A DNA stretch of 64,000 nucleotides from a virus, in IMG/VR virus record IMGVR_UViG_3300025096_003663, positions 17,248 through 81,247 of that record; one strand, written 5' to 3'. The translations under genes and the position numbers were made by a program. This document shows positions 51,054 to 60,531 of this stretch, in pieces. Each line of letters starts with the position of its first letter. Position 1 is the first letter of the stretch. A model generated the notes under the pieces. It saw only the letters and a program-made list of their open reading frames with translations. It was not told where the DNA came from and did no database searches.

Positions 51054-51445
51054 TTCAGTTGATTATAGCTAAAAGCTATCTCAAGAGGGCTTATATGTGG
51101 GTGAAGAACCACTGGTATGTTCCGTTTGGATTACTGTTTGCGGCAGTGACGTGGTTTTTCTATCGGCAGAAGTCGGCGATGCTTGTTGATAACCTCAAGG
51201 AAACTCGGTCTTCCCACAAGAAGGAAGTCGAGGAAATGAAGAAGGTTCACGAAAAACATATTTCGGACAGGCAACAATCTCTAGACTCTTTTAAAGAAGC
51301 AGAAAAAAAGACTGAAGAGGAAAACAAAGCCAAAACCCAAGAATCTCTAAATAAAGAAAAAGAGAGAAAGGAAGAGCTAAGGAAGAAAGAGATACACGAA
51401 ATTGCCGAAGAGTTGAAGAAGTTCCACAACGAAAGGAAGAAGTGA
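51050..51445 (+). CDS. Putative i-spanin-like protein
   Basis: N-terminal TM plus charged coiled coil, directly after the holin-like gene. Confidence 0.5.
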   Translation: MIQLIIAKSYLKRAYMWVKNHWYVPFGLLFAAVTWFFYRQKSAMLVDNLKETRSSHKKEVEEMKKVHEKHISDRQQSLDSFKEAEKKTEEENKAKTQESLNKEKERKEELRKKEIHEIAEELKKFHNERKK

Positions 51446-51900
51446 TGAGAATAATAGCAATAGCGACAATGCTTATGCTGATGTCTTCCAGTCCCTCAGT
51501 GGCTCAAAATATTGTTGCTGTTGAGAAAGGAGCCCCAGCTCCTTTTGACGGTGTTTTGCTGGATAAAGAAACCGCCGCAGACATCATTGCCTCTGGCGAG
51601 CTCAGCGACGAGAGATGCAACATTAAACTTGAATATGAAGTGGGAAAGGCTACGAATGCCTGTAACCTAGATAAAGGAATCGCCGAGGCTAACTTGGCGG
51701 CAGAGAAGGAGAGAGCAGAGAAGATCCTGTCCATTAAGACCCAGGAGATAGATAGGCTCAATAAGAAGTTAGAAGAATCAGCCAGCCCTGATTGGGGACC
51801 AGCTTGGTTTGCCGGCGGAGCCTCCATAGGAGTTGTTGCTTCTTTGGTAATTTTCTTTATAGCAGTTCAAACAGTTAACACAGATATTACTCAATTATGA
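51442..51900 (+). CDS. Exported coiled-coil protein with a C-terminal TM (spanin-like)
   Basis: Signal peptide, KGAPAPFDGVLL motif, coil, C-terminal hydrophobic helix. Confidence 0.5.
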   Translation: MMRIIAIATMLMLMSSSPSVAQNIVAVEKGAPAPFDGVLLDKETAADIIASGELSDERCNIKLEYEVGKATNACNLDKGIAEANLAAEKERAEKILSIKTQEIDRLNKKLEESASPDWGPAWFAGGASIGVVASLVIFFIAVQTVNTDITQL

Positions 51901-52289
51901 CAAAAGACTTTAATCAAGTTGCCAAATTGGAAAAGGCAATAAAAACAAAATATGGAGAGGATGCAGTAAGGAACCCTCTGAACGACTGGTCCAAGGAAAA
52001 GGAGAAAGACTACCTTGAGCAACTTAAAGAGCTAGCCAGCGAAGAGAGAGCTGCAGATAATGAGCATTCCAAAGAATGCTATTATGGGTTTTTTATCCAT
52101 AAAAAACTACTTAATAAAGAATCTAATAGAATTTGTCCGGTTTGCGAGACTTATTCTTTTGAAGCTCGGGATGATATATATTTAGGCAAATGGGAATGTT
52201 GTTACAAATGTTATGTATCTTGGGTGGATGGAAGAGAGGCTCGCTGGAAAGCGGGCTGGCGACCAGGAGATAAAAGTGGTAGAAAATAA
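51897..52289 (+). CDS. Hypothetical Zn-finger protein
   Basis: CPVC...CCYKC, ending in W..GWRP. Confidence 0.7.
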   Translation: MTKDFNQVAKLEKAIKTKYGEDAVRNPLNDWSKEKEKDYLEQLKELASEERAADNEHSKECYYGFFIHKKLLNKESNRICPVCETYSFEARDDIYLGKWECCYKCYVSWVDGREARWKAGWRPGDKSGRK

Positions 52290-52473
52290 GATAAAAGAAT
52301 TGCTGGAAAACATCGAAAAGATTCTCAGAGATGCAGACAAGTTTGATCGAGGGAATTTCTCTGCTGGAGTTCGAGTTCGAAAAGATTTGATGAAAGCTGT
52401 TAAAGAAATAAAAGATGTTAGGCAGAGTGTTTTGGACGAAAGAAGCCGAAGAAAAGAAAATAAGGAGAACTAG
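52276..52473 (+). CDS. Histone H1-like (Hc1 family) small protein
   Basis: DADKFDRGNFSAGVRVRK matches the Hc1 K...GN..AG.R.RK motif; GTG start with AGGAG SD. Confidence 0.8.
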   Translation: MVENKIKELLENIEKILRDADKFDRGNFSAGVRVRKDLMKAVKEIKDVRQSVLDERSRRKENKEN

Positions 52474-52477
52474 GCAC

Positions 52478-53035
52478 ATGGCAACAGTAGAAGAAATAGC
52501 GAGAGGAATCTCTCAAGTATTAGCAGACTCTTATGACGGAGCAACCGACGAAGACGGTAACCCGATAAAGATTGGTCTTAAGCGAGAAATGGAAGCAGAC
52601 ATCACCGACAAGAGGGTAATGGACGGCTTCGGCATGGGTCTGAGTGGGAACATTCTCACCATCAAGTATCAAGGCGATGTGACGATGAAGGAGCTCAAAG
52701 ATAAAGGTTTTGAGTCCGATACGGAACAAACACTGGCAGATATTCTTAAGTTCGTCAAAGAGCACTACAAGAGGGTAACTGGTAGCAGTTTGAGCTGCAA
52801 ACCCCACGGAAATATGAGAATGTCCGTACAGTCAACTAGCCGAGTAAGAAACTGGGTAGAAGCACAAATGAAGTATAAGATTACGAATATGGATAATGTC
52901 GTTGACTGTGATGCTGCTCCTACCGGCGAAGAGCTGCTAGATAAATCTATTCGAGATTTTCTAGGAATGGGAAAGAAAACTTTTGGTGCTAAAGAGGCAG
53001 ATAATGTGACTCGAAAAGAGGAGAAGTCAGAATGA
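52478..53035 (+). CDS. Hypothetical phage protein
   Basis: ATG 52478 with AGGAG SD. Confidence 0.7.
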   Translation: MATVEEIARGISQVLADSYDGATDEDGNPIKIGLKREMEADITDKRVMDGFGMGLSGNILTIKYQGDVTMKELKDKGFESDTEQTLADILKFVKEHYKRVTGSSLSCKPHGNMRMSVQSTSRVRNWVEAQMKYKITNMDNVVDCDAAPTGEELLDKSIRDFLGMGKKTFGAKEADNVTRKEEKSE

Positions 53036-53292
53036 AAATTTCAAAGCAAAGGGTGAAAGAGATAATAAGAGAAGAAAACGATAAGTTTCAAAAAGCTCAC
53101 TCGGAGATCAGCAGGACAAAGGGGAAGCTTGAGAGCATCTCGCAGATAGCAAGTCAGATCAACAAAGTGTTGGAAGATCAAGAAATGTACGATCCAGATA
53201 TTGAAGAATGGGTCCAGGAAGATATAGCTGTGATCAGTGCAATGATGAATGCTATCCTTCAATACGAGAAATTCGAGAAGGTTAGATCCTAA
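53032..53292 (+). CDS. Hypothetical protein (MKISK..KEIIREE head-associated-type N-terminus)
   Basis: ORF with SD directly before terminase. Confidence 0.65.
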   Translation: MKISKQRVKEIIREENDKFQKAHSEISRTKGKLESISQIASQINKVLEDQEMYDPDIEEWVQEDIAVISAMMNAILQYEKFEKVRS

Positions 53293-53321
53293 TAGGGTGA
53301 AACCATACTTTATGTTGTGCT

Positions 53322-54908
53322 ATGTCTTACAAAGTTTCCAAGAGTCAAATAAAGAAAGAGATAACGAAGTGTGGAAAAGATCCGATCTACTTTCTGAACA
53401 ATTACGCTAAAATATCACATCCGAAAAAAGGTCTAGTTCCGTTTAAAACTTACAACTTTCAGACGGAGCTCCTTAAGGATTTTAATGATTACCGCTTCAG
53501 TGTAATATTGAAAGCCCGACAGTTAGGTATATCTACCATTACTGCCGGCTATGTTGCTTGGCTAATGATGTTCCGAAGAGAGAAGAACATTTTAGTAGTT
53601 GCAACAAAATTTAATACAGCAGCAAACCTCGTTAAGAAAGTGAAAGCTCTGATAAAGAACCTTCCAGACTGGGTTAGGATATCCGAAATCTCAGTAGATA
53701 ACAGAACATCTTTCGAGCTGTCCAACGGTTCTCAAATCAAAGCATCCACAACTTCAGCAGACGCTGGGCGTTCAGAAGCACTGTCTCTTCTTGTGATAGA
53801 CGAGGCTGCTCATGTTTCAGAGCTTGATGAGATGTGGAAAGGTTTGTATCCCACACTATCAACTGGCGGCAGGTGTATAGCATTATCAACTCCCAATGGT
53901 GTTGGCAACTGGTTCCACCAAACATATATCGATGCCGAAGAGGGAAGGAATAGCTTTCACCATGTGAAGCTTCCTTGGGATGTACATCCAGATAGAGACA
54001 AAGAATGGTTCGCCAAAGAGACAAAGAATATGTCTAGGCGAGACATCGCCCAAGAGCTTCAATGCAATTTTAACATGTCCGGCGAAACAGTCATACATCC
54101 AGACGACATAGAGAGGATGCTGGCGATTGCTTGTGAACCAAAGTATAGAACTGGCTTCGATAGGAACTATCACATTTGGCAAGAATATCAGGAAGGCTTT
54201 CAATACCTCCTTGTTGCTGATGTAGCCCGAGGCGACGGAAAAGATTATTCAGTCTTCCACATAATCAAAGTGGACACAATGGAAGTTATCGCCGAGTATC
54301 AAGGGAAGCCAAATACTGACACCTTCGCCAACATGATTAGCACCGCTGGGGCAGAGTATGGCAACTGTATGGTGGTGGTAGAAAACAACAATATTGGATA
54401 TAGTGTATTAGAAAAACTAGCAGAGCTTGAGTATCCAAATATTTACTACTCTATCAAGTCTACACACGAGTTTGTCGAGCAACATGTCGCCGAGTCGAAC
54501 ACGAGTGCTGTACCAGGATTTACCACCTCTTCGAAGACCCGCCCCCTTATAGTAGCAAAATTAGAAGAATTTATAAGAAACAACATAATTACACTATATT
54601 CTAGCCGAACCCTGAGCGAGATTAGGACTTTCGTCTGGAACAATGGTCGCCCACAGGCGATGAGAGGGTACAACGACGACTTGATAATGAGCCTGGCAAT
54701 CGGATGCTGGGTTAGGGATACTGTGTTGGAGACATCTAAACGAGATGAAAAATATGCAAAAGCAATTCTTAATAGCTTTGTAGCAGCAAATACTAAAATA
54801 AATACAACAATTCCAGGCATGAGGGGCTACAAAAGAGAAGAAGCTCATGATAGAATGAACAAACAGTTAGAGATTCAGAAAGAATTTAGCTGGCTTTATA
54901 AAGGATAA
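53322..54908 (+). CDS. terL: Terminase large subunit (T4 gp17-like)
   Basis: LKARQLGIST, LLVIDEAA, STPNG, ADVARG and NDDLIMS motifs. Confidence 0.97.
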   Translation: MSYKVSKSQIKKEITKCGKDPIYFLNNYAKISHPKKGLVPFKTYNFQTELLKDFNDYRFSVILKARQLGISTITAGYVAWLMMFRREKNILVVATKFNTAANLVKKVKALIKNLPDWVRISEISVDNRTSFELSNGSQIKASTTSADAGRSEALSLLVIDEAAHVSELDEMWKGLYPTLSTGGRCIALSTPNGVGNWFHQTYIDAEEGRNSFHHVKLPWDVHPDRDKEWFAKETKNMSRRDIAQELQCNFNMSGETVIHPDDIERMLAIACEPKYRTGFDRNYHIWQEYQEGFQYLLVADVARGDGKDYSVFHIIKVDTMEVIAEYQGKPNTDTFANMISTAGAEYGNCMVVVENNNIGYSVLEKLAELEYPNIYYSIKSTHEFVEQHVAESNTSAVPGFTTSSKTRPLIVAKLEEFIRNNIITLYSSRTLSEIRTFVWNNGRPQAMRGYNDDLIMSLAIGCWVRDTVLETSKRDEKYAKAILNSFVAANTKINTTIPGMRGYKREEAHDRMNKQLEIQKEFSWLYKG

Positions 54909-54912
54909 GAAA

Positions 54913-56853
54913 ATGGATCAAGACAATAACAATAGGAACCCCGACTCTAGCTTATATAGAAAGTTGACGAGGCTCTTTTCTGGACCAATCACAAAGAGAC
55001 GAACTCAATTTTATCGTAACGAAAAAAGAAGACAGCTTGATAAATACAAATTTCAATCTGCTAGCGGACAGAGTTTCAAAAAAGCGACTTACAATCCTTT
55101 TGAATCAATCCAATCAAACGCCATGCAAAACCAGGGGCGAGCAGAAAGATACTCCGATTTCGATCAAATGGAGTATACACCAGAGCTAGCATCTGCCCTC
55201 GATATATATGCTGATGAGATGACTACTCACACATCTTTTGAGAACATGCTAACAATCGACTGCCCGAACGAAGAGATCAAGGGAGTGCTTGAGGTTCTTT
55301 ACAATAAGATACTTAATGTTGAGTTCAATCTGTTTGGCTGGTGCCGAACGATGTGTAAGTATGGCGACTTCTTTCTTTACTTGGATATTGACGAAGGAAT
55401 CGGTGTAAAGAGTGTGGTTGGTCTTCCGTCCGCCGAAATCGAACGACTAGAGGGAGAAGACCCAACCAACCCTAACTATGTCCAGTTTCAATGGAACAGC
55501 GGAGGAATGACATTTGAGAACTGGCAAATGGCTCACTTCAGGATACTTGGTAATGATAAGTATTCTCCGTATGGAACTTCAACTCTGGAGCCGGCTAGAA
55601 GGATTTGGCGACAACTCATTCTACTAGAAGATGCGATGATGGCATACAGGATTGTTAGGTCCCCAGAACGAAGAGTTTTCTACATCGATGTTGGTGCAAT
55701 TGCTCCGGAAGACGTTGAGCAATACATGCAGAAAGTCATAACTCAAATGAAGAGAAACCAGGTGATAGATAAGGATACTGGAAGGGTCGATTTGAGATAC
55801 AACCCAATGAGCATTGAGGAGGATTATTTCCTTCCCGTCCGAGGAACAGCAAACAATTCTAGGATTGAGTCGCTGCCCGGCGGAACATATACTGGCGATA
55901 TCGATGATGTAAAATACCTTAGAGATAAACTGTTTTCTGCTATAAAGATCCCACAGTCATACCTCTCCAGGGGCGAAGGTGCCGACGAAGATAAGTCAAC
56001 ATTGGCTCAAAAAGATATCCGCTTCGCTAGAACTATCCAAAGGCTGCAAAGAGCAGTTGTTTCGGAGCTAGAGAAGATCGGCATTATTCATTTATACATC
56101 ATGGGCTTTCGTGGCGATGACTTGATTTCCCATGCTTTAAAGCTAAACAATCCTTCGAAGCTTGCTGAGCTTCAAGAGCTTGAGCAATGGCGAGCCAAGT
56201 TTGATGTAGCAAGTTCGGCGACAGAGGGTTTCTTCTCTAAGCGATGGGTATCGGAAAACATCTTTGGGCTAACAGACGAAGAGTTCCTGAGAAACCAAAG
56301 GGAGAGATTCAACGATCAGAAAATCCAACTCATGCTCGATGCCGCTGGCGAAATGCCAGAAGCTGAGGGTGGAGCCACAGGAGGCGAAGTCTTTTCTGGC
56401 GAAGGAGATGCTGGAGACATGGAATCAGGGTTGGCTGCAGCCACCGACGAGGAAGAAGACTTTGAAGATCTTCCCGTTGATACTGATACTGGGGCAGAGG
56501 GGGATCTTCTGACCGCTCCGCCGGCTCATCGTTCTGATAAAAAACATCATTATGAGAAAGGTTCTTACACTCCAGTGAAGCACCGAGGAGGTGATCGAAG
56601 GTCACTAGGGGCGAAGAAGCGAATGTCCAAGGGGAGCTGGAGCAACGAGACGGGCAAGAATACGACGAGAAATGTGTGGAAGGGTGCCGAAGATTTATTG
56701 GGCATTACGAGTGAGTCGGGACATACTTATAGAGGCGAAGAAGAAAAAGTCTTCGAAGTAAAAGAGAAGCATCAAGAAATCAAACTCCTAATAGAACAAC
56801 TGGAGACAAGGAAGGAAGAAAATAAAAATGAAACACAAGAAGAACAAACATAA
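54913..56853 (+). CDS. Portal protein (T4 gp20-like) with an acidic C-terminal extension
   Basis: LEDAMMAYRIVRSPERRVFYIDVG, EDYFLPVRG and IESLPGG motifs. Confidence 0.96.
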   Translation: MDQDNNNRNPDSSLYRKLTRLFSGPITKRRTQFYRNEKRRQLDKYKFQSASGQSFKKATYNPFESIQSNAMQNQGRAERYSDFDQMEYTPELASALDIYADEMTTHTSFENMLTIDCPNEEIKGVLEVLYNKILNVEFNLFGWCRTMCKYGDFFLYLDIDEGIGVKSVVGLPSAEIERLEGEDPTNPNYVQFQWNSGGMTFENWQMAHFRILGNDKYSPYGTSTLEPARRIWRQLILLEDAMMAYRIVRSPERRVFYIDVGAIAPEDVEQYMQKVITQMKRNQVIDKDTGRVDLRYNPMSIEEDYFLPVRGTANNSRIESLPGGTYTGDIDDVKYLRDKLFSAIKIPQSYLSRGEGADEDKSTLAQKDIRFARTIQRLQRAVVSELEKIGIIHLYIMGFRGDDLISHALKLNNPSKLAELQELEQWRAKFDVASSATEGFFSKRWVSENIFGLTDEEFLRNQRERFNDQKIQLMLDAAGEMPEAEGGATGGEVFSGEGDAGDMESGLAAATDEEEDFEDLPVDTDTGAEGDLLTAPPAHRSDKKHHYEKGSYTPVKHRGGDRRSLGAKKRMSKGSWSNETGKNTTRNVWKGAEDLLGITSESGHTYRGEEEKVFEVKEKHQEIKLLIEQLETRKEENKNETQEEQT

Positions 56854-57673
56854 TAAGAAGAGAAATACCGCTTTTCTTTACGAGATTCTTGTACGGGAAA
56901 TTACGAGAAGTATTGTTAATGGAGAGCACGGTAAAAAGAAGGCATCGATAAAACTTTGTAGGGAGTTTTTCCAAAAGGGAGCCCCTCTATCAGAAGAGAA
57001 GAGAATCTATGATTCGCTACTTGGTCTGTCGGACATATCCGAAGATATCGCCGATAGAATACTTGATGAAGCGAAAAAAGATTACGAAAAGCTAGACAAG
57101 GTAGAGATATTCAACGAGCAGACAAAGTTGATAAATCAGGTAAACAAGGAACTGTCGCCGAACACATTCCAGATATTCGTTCAGAACTATAAAGATTTAG
57201 CGACGGTAGCCCAGATTCTAAACCAGGAGCTCCCAGTAAAAGAGAGGGTTCTTCTAGAAAGAAAGTATGTAAACAACAGGGCTGAAGATGCTGTCGAGGA
57301 CATGAAGCCGACTGACAGCTTGGTATATAATACATTCGTGAAATCTTTCAATGAGAAATACGGCTCTCTCTTGAAAGAGCAGAAAGAGCTTGTTACCAGA
57401 CATGCTCTCTCTTTTAGTGACAACGGACTTTCCCTGAAAGTATTCCTGAACGAGGAGCTAACCAGGCTCAAGAGCTTAATACTCAAGGCAAAAGAAATAG
57501 AATATATAAAAGAAGACACTGTAATGAATGAGAAGATGGATGGGGTATATTCTATCCTAGAATCTTTTCGAGAGAAAGAGGTGATTGATCAGGAGGCTAT
57601 CTCTAGTGTACTTGAGATTCAAGAGTTAGCTAAAGAATTGTGGGAGAAAGATAGTAATGCCATTAATAATTAA
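56828..57673 (+). CDS. Conserved hypothetical head-module protein
   Basis: KHNKKRNTAFLYEILVRE N-terminus; directly after the portal gene. Confidence 0.7.
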   Translation: MKHKKNKHNKKRNTAFLYEILVREITRSIVNGEHGKKKASIKLCREFFQKGAPLSEEKRIYDSLLGLSDISEDIADRILDEAKKDYEKLDKVEIFNEQTKLINQVNKELSPNTFQIFVQNYKDLATVAQILNQELPVKERVLLERKYVNNRAEDAVEDMKPTDSLVYNTFVKSFNEKYGSLLKEQKELVTRHALSFSDNGLSLKVFLNEELTRLKSLILKAKEIEYIKEDTVMNEKMDGVYSILESFREKEVIDQEAISSVLEIQELAKELWEKDSNAINN

Positions 57674-58241
57674 AGTTAGGGAAGAAGAGGAGCCAACCCC
57701 GGCACCATCAGAAGACATAAAGATTAATATCGAAGAGCCACCCAAGGAAGAGACACCCTCTCTAAAGATGAATCTGAGAGCGAGAAAGTCTCTTGATGGA
57801 AGTATAATGATCACCGATCACTATGTTATAGATATAGTAGTTATTCCTGGTTCAAATAAAGTTGCAACTTTCCCCAAAAATGCCTACACTGACGAGGTGT
57901 ATACAGCTCAAAATAGATTATTCGATCACCTGACGAAAGCGGGTGTTATCGACAGAGAGAGTATCCAAGCTGGAGCCGTTCACGGCTCACTAGAGGGAGC
58001 CATTCAAGAATCAGCAGGTGATGTGCCAGCGATAGATCTTACAGTAATGTCGATAGGAAAGTTCCTAGAGAAAGAAAAGCCAGAGTATATGTTCCTAAAA
58101 GCATACGACGATGAGATAGACGATATGTATACCGAGCCAGATGCCGAAGACTCGACTAAGCTCGGAGAGGTGCCACAGGAAGAGTTCAAGGGAAGTGTCT
58201 CAAGATCACCAAGGTATAACTACCTGGGGTCGAGAATATAA
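57657..58241 (+). CDS. Hypothetical protein
   Basis: ORF with SD in the head operon. Confidence 0.7.
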   Translation: MPLIIKVREEEEPTPAPSEDIKINIEEPPKEETPSLKMNLRARKSLDGSIMITDHYVIDIVVIPGSNKVATFPKNAYTDEVYTAQNRLFDHLTKAGVIDRESIQAGAVHGSLEGAIQESAGDVPAIDLTVMSIGKFLEKEKPEYMFLKAYDDEIDDMYTEPDAEDSTKLGEVPQEEFKGSVSRSPRYNYLGSRI

Positions 58242-58245
58242 TATC

Positions 58246-58539
58246 ATGGAGCTAATTTTATTCATTTTAGCCTCTTATGGCTTAACTCTGATTCTTTTAT
58301 ATGCTACAATATTTGATAGCATAAGACCAACCGAGGGAAAGCTTGGTGAGCTTTTCTCATGTAGTATGTGTATGGGGTTCCACAGCGGGTGGATAATGTT
58401 TCTACTTTTCTGGGTAGGCGGACTGAGGATGTGGTCCACCTTAGAACTCGGAATCTTTATTATGGGATTTTTGTCTTCTGGAACTTCATATATTCTTGAC
58501 AAGATTGTGTCGGACGATGGCATCCAAATTAGTAAATGA
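58246..58539 (+). CDS. Membrane protein with CxxC (DUF1360-like)
   Basis: About three TM helices; GELFSCSMCMGFH motif. Confidence 0.65.
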   Translation: MELILFILASYGLTLILLYATIFDSIRPTEGKLGELFSCSMCMGFHSGWIMFLLFWVGGLRMWSTLELGIFIMGFLSSGTSYILDKIVSDDGIQISK

Positions 58540-58551
58540 GGAGGATATGGT

Positions 58552-58614
58552 ATGTCTTTAGTAAATGTTAGATGGTTTCTACCTAGTGTAAGAAGATGCT
58601 GTAAGGGCAAATAA
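58552..58614 (+). CDS. 20-aa mini-ORF MSLVNVRWFLPSVRRCCKGK, in frame with the upstream gene
   Basis: GAGGAGG SD upstream; followed by a terminator-like hairpin. Confidence 0.45.
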   Translation: MSLVNVRWFLPSVRRCCKGK

Positions 58615-58617
58615 TTC

Positions 58618-58646
58618 GGGCGGGTAGTGCCCGCTTTTGCTTTATT
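58618..58646 (+). terminator. Intrinsic terminator-like hairpin
   Basis: GCGGG-TAGTG-CCCGC followed by TTTTGCTTT. Confidence 0.65.
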
Positions 58647-58657
58647 GGTGCTGTAGC

Positions 58658-58665
58658 ACTATTTA
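58658..58665 (+). promoter_or_regulatory. Candidate late promoter ACTATTTA
   Basis: Lies between the terminator and the prohead protease start. Confidence 0.6.
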
Positions 58666-58685
58666 TATTTTGAGGGAAAATAAAG

Positions 58686-59294
58686 ATGTCTAAAGTTTTA
58701 TTGAGAGAATATTATGAATTGTGTCCCGGCGGCATATGCCAGGATTTGCTGACGGAAGAGGAAAAGAAACAAGTCGCCAATGGTGCTGTTATAATGACAG
58801 GCATCCTACAGAAGGCAGACACCAGAAATGGCAATGGTAGAGTCTATCCTCTTAAAATTCTCGGCAGGGAAATGGAAAACTACCAGAAGCTAATCAAAGA
58901 AAGTCGAGCTCTAGGAGAGTTAGACCATCCAGAGGATAGTGTAATCAACCTGAAGAATGCTTCTCACTTGGTCACCGAGACATGGTGGGATGGCGACACG
59001 GTGATGGGCAAAGTTCGAATCCTAGACACACCCAGCGGAACTATTCTAAAATCCCTTATGGAGGGAGGAGTCAAGCTCGGCATCTCCTCTCGTGGATTAG
59101 GGAGTGTCAGAGAGTCAAATGGAGAAACGATTGTTGAAGATGACTTTCAGTTGATATGTTTTGATTTCGTATCAGAGCCATCGACACCGAATGCTTACAT
59201 GACACCCAGAATGATGGAAGGTAAGGAAAATCCACTTTCGAAGGCAGACAGGGTAAATCGAATGCTCAACAGTATTACAGGGGATAAGAAATGA
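58686..59294 (+). CDS. Prohead protease (T4 gp21-like)
   Basis: NGNGRVYP, ALGELDHP, GISSRGLGS and FDFVSEPS motifs. Confidence 0.95.
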   Translation: MSKVLLREYYELCPGGICQDLLTEEEKKQVANGAVIMTGILQKADTRNGNGRVYPLKILGREMENYQKLIKESRALGELDHPEDSVINLKNASHLVTETWWDGDTVMGKVRILDTPSGTILKSLMEGGVKLGISSRGLGSVRESNGETIVEDDFQLICFDFVSEPSTPNAYMTPRMMEGKENPLSKADRVNRMLNSITGDKK

Positions 59295-59710
59295 AAAAAA
59301 GCGAGCTCAAAAAAATAATCAAGCCAATGGTCCAAGAGTGTATCAGAGAAAATGTCCAACAAATACTGCTGGAGAGCGGTCTTTTATCCTCTGTCATCTC
59401 GGAAGTTGTGAGCGGCTTACAGAAGTCTCCTGTGACAATGGAACCAAAATCAGTTGTCTCTGAGTCAGTAAAGCCCACAGAAGTGGTAAAGTCAGATCCA
59501 GAAGTATCAAAAAAGATAGAAGAGACGAAAACAAAGCTTATGGGTGCAATAGGTAAAGATTCCTATGGTGGGGTGAATATATTTGAGGGCACCACACCAA
59601 TGGCTCCGGATAACGGCTCGTCGAGTGGAGCACTAAAAGATACTGATCCATCAGATTCCGGTGTCGATATAGCAGCGCTCACCAATCCTAATTGGGGCAA
59701 GCTGATCTAA
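59291..59710 (+). CDS. Hypothetical head-module protein
   Basis: MKKSELKKIIK N-terminus; ATGA coupling. Confidence 0.7.
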   Translation: MKKSELKKIIKPMVQECIRENVQQILLESGLLSSVISEVVSGLQKSPVTMEPKSVVSESVKPTEVVKSDPEVSKKIEETKTKLMGAIGKDSYGGVNIFEGTTPMAPDNGSSSGALKDTDPSDSGVDIAALTNPNWGKLI

Positions 59711-59713
59711 TAA

Positions 59714-60403
59714 TCACTTTTTCGTAAAAATGGTCTGCTTCTCTATTATATCTTCGAGCCCAGGACGACCCTTCTCTTCGGTGTGAAACCAGATCCAACG
59801 GACATCTTGCTTGATGTCCGTTATTGTTTTGGCTAATTTCTTTATTTTTCTTTTTAGCCACTTCTCTTCTTTGTAGGCACTGACTTCGATGTCTATTCCG
59901 AGCTCGTAGGCAATTTCCAATAATGTCCCGCCATCCCCTTCTTTGGAAGCTTCAGCAGCCAGTTTATACATTTCAGTCCTTTCTTCCTTCTCTTCCTCGC
60001 TCATACTACCAAGCCTGTCTGGATGAGTCTCTAGGGCGATCTTCTTGAAGATATCTTTTATATCTTTGTCTTTAAGAGTTTCTTCGATTTCAGATTCATC
60101 TTCTACCTGAGCTGACTGCTCGCTTTCGTCACTTCCGCTTTGGCGATCCGTGCTTTGCTTCTCGTTGACCTCGGTGGATATATTAGTTTCTTCATTTTTG
60201 TTACCAGATTCAGAGTTTTTGTTTTTCTTTTTTTTCTTGTCAAACTCTTTTTGCTGCTTGGTGGTGTAGTAGTTGCCGAATTCTTCTCGGCATTCATCAA
60301 AAATAAATTGAGCTTCTTCTATTGAAATTTTAGAGAAGTTAAGCTCCATTCTTAGCTTCTTTATCTTTAGTTTTTCCTTCTTTTCATCCCTGGAATAGTT
60401 CAT
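59714..60403 (-). CDS. J-domain (DnaJ-like) protein
   Basis: IKDIFKKIALETHPDRL contains the HPD motif; only credible minus-strand gene. Confidence 0.75.
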   Translation of the reverse strand: MNYSRDEKKEKLKIKKLRMELNFSKISIEEAQFIFDECREEFGNYYTTKQQKEFDKKKKKNKNSESGNKNEETNISTEVNEKQSTDRQSGSDESEQSAQVEDESEIEETLKDKDIKDIFKKIALETHPDRLGSMSEEEKEERTEMYKLAAEASKEGDGGTLLEIAYELGIDIEVSAYKEEKWLKRKIKKLAKTITDIKQDVRWIWFHTEEKGRPGLEDIIEKQTIFTKK

Positions 60404-60408
60404 AGATA

Positions 60409-60416
60409 TAAGTAGT
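60409..60416 (-). promoter_or_regulatory. Candidate late promoter ACTACTTA
   Basis: 5 nt upstream of the J-domain gene ATG, with no SD. Confidence 0.55.
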
Positions 60417-60490
60417 TTTTACTTCTTGATGAAGAGCTTACAGTTAAAAGCGGCTTTGTGGGCATAAAATGTATTTTTGTGCTCTTAGCG

Positions 60491-60498
60491 ACTATTTA
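60491..60498 (+). promoter_or_regulatory. Candidate late promoter ACTATTTA
   Basis: Intergenic, upstream of bS21. Confidence 0.6.
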
Positions 60499-60531
60499 TT
60501 ATTACGATAAAATTGCAATAGCAAACACGAG

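Noticed and set aside
53322-56853. Inteins or introns in terminase or portal
   Set aside because: Motifs are contiguous, with no splice-junction or homing-endonuclease signature; the extra portal length is an acidic tail
58537-58570. Selenocysteine UGA with SECIS
   Set aside because: The hairpin starts immediately after UGA, closer than in the E. coli fdhF-type SECIS, and UGA is not in a redox motif; kept only as a coupling/readthrough hypothesis
59005-59030. tRNA T-loop-like GTTCGAATCC
   Set aside because: It lies inside the prohead protease CDS with no cloverleaf; no tRNA was found in the window
689-59478. Many short minus-strand and nested ORFs in the track
   Set aside because: They are shadows of long + strand genes with no motifs
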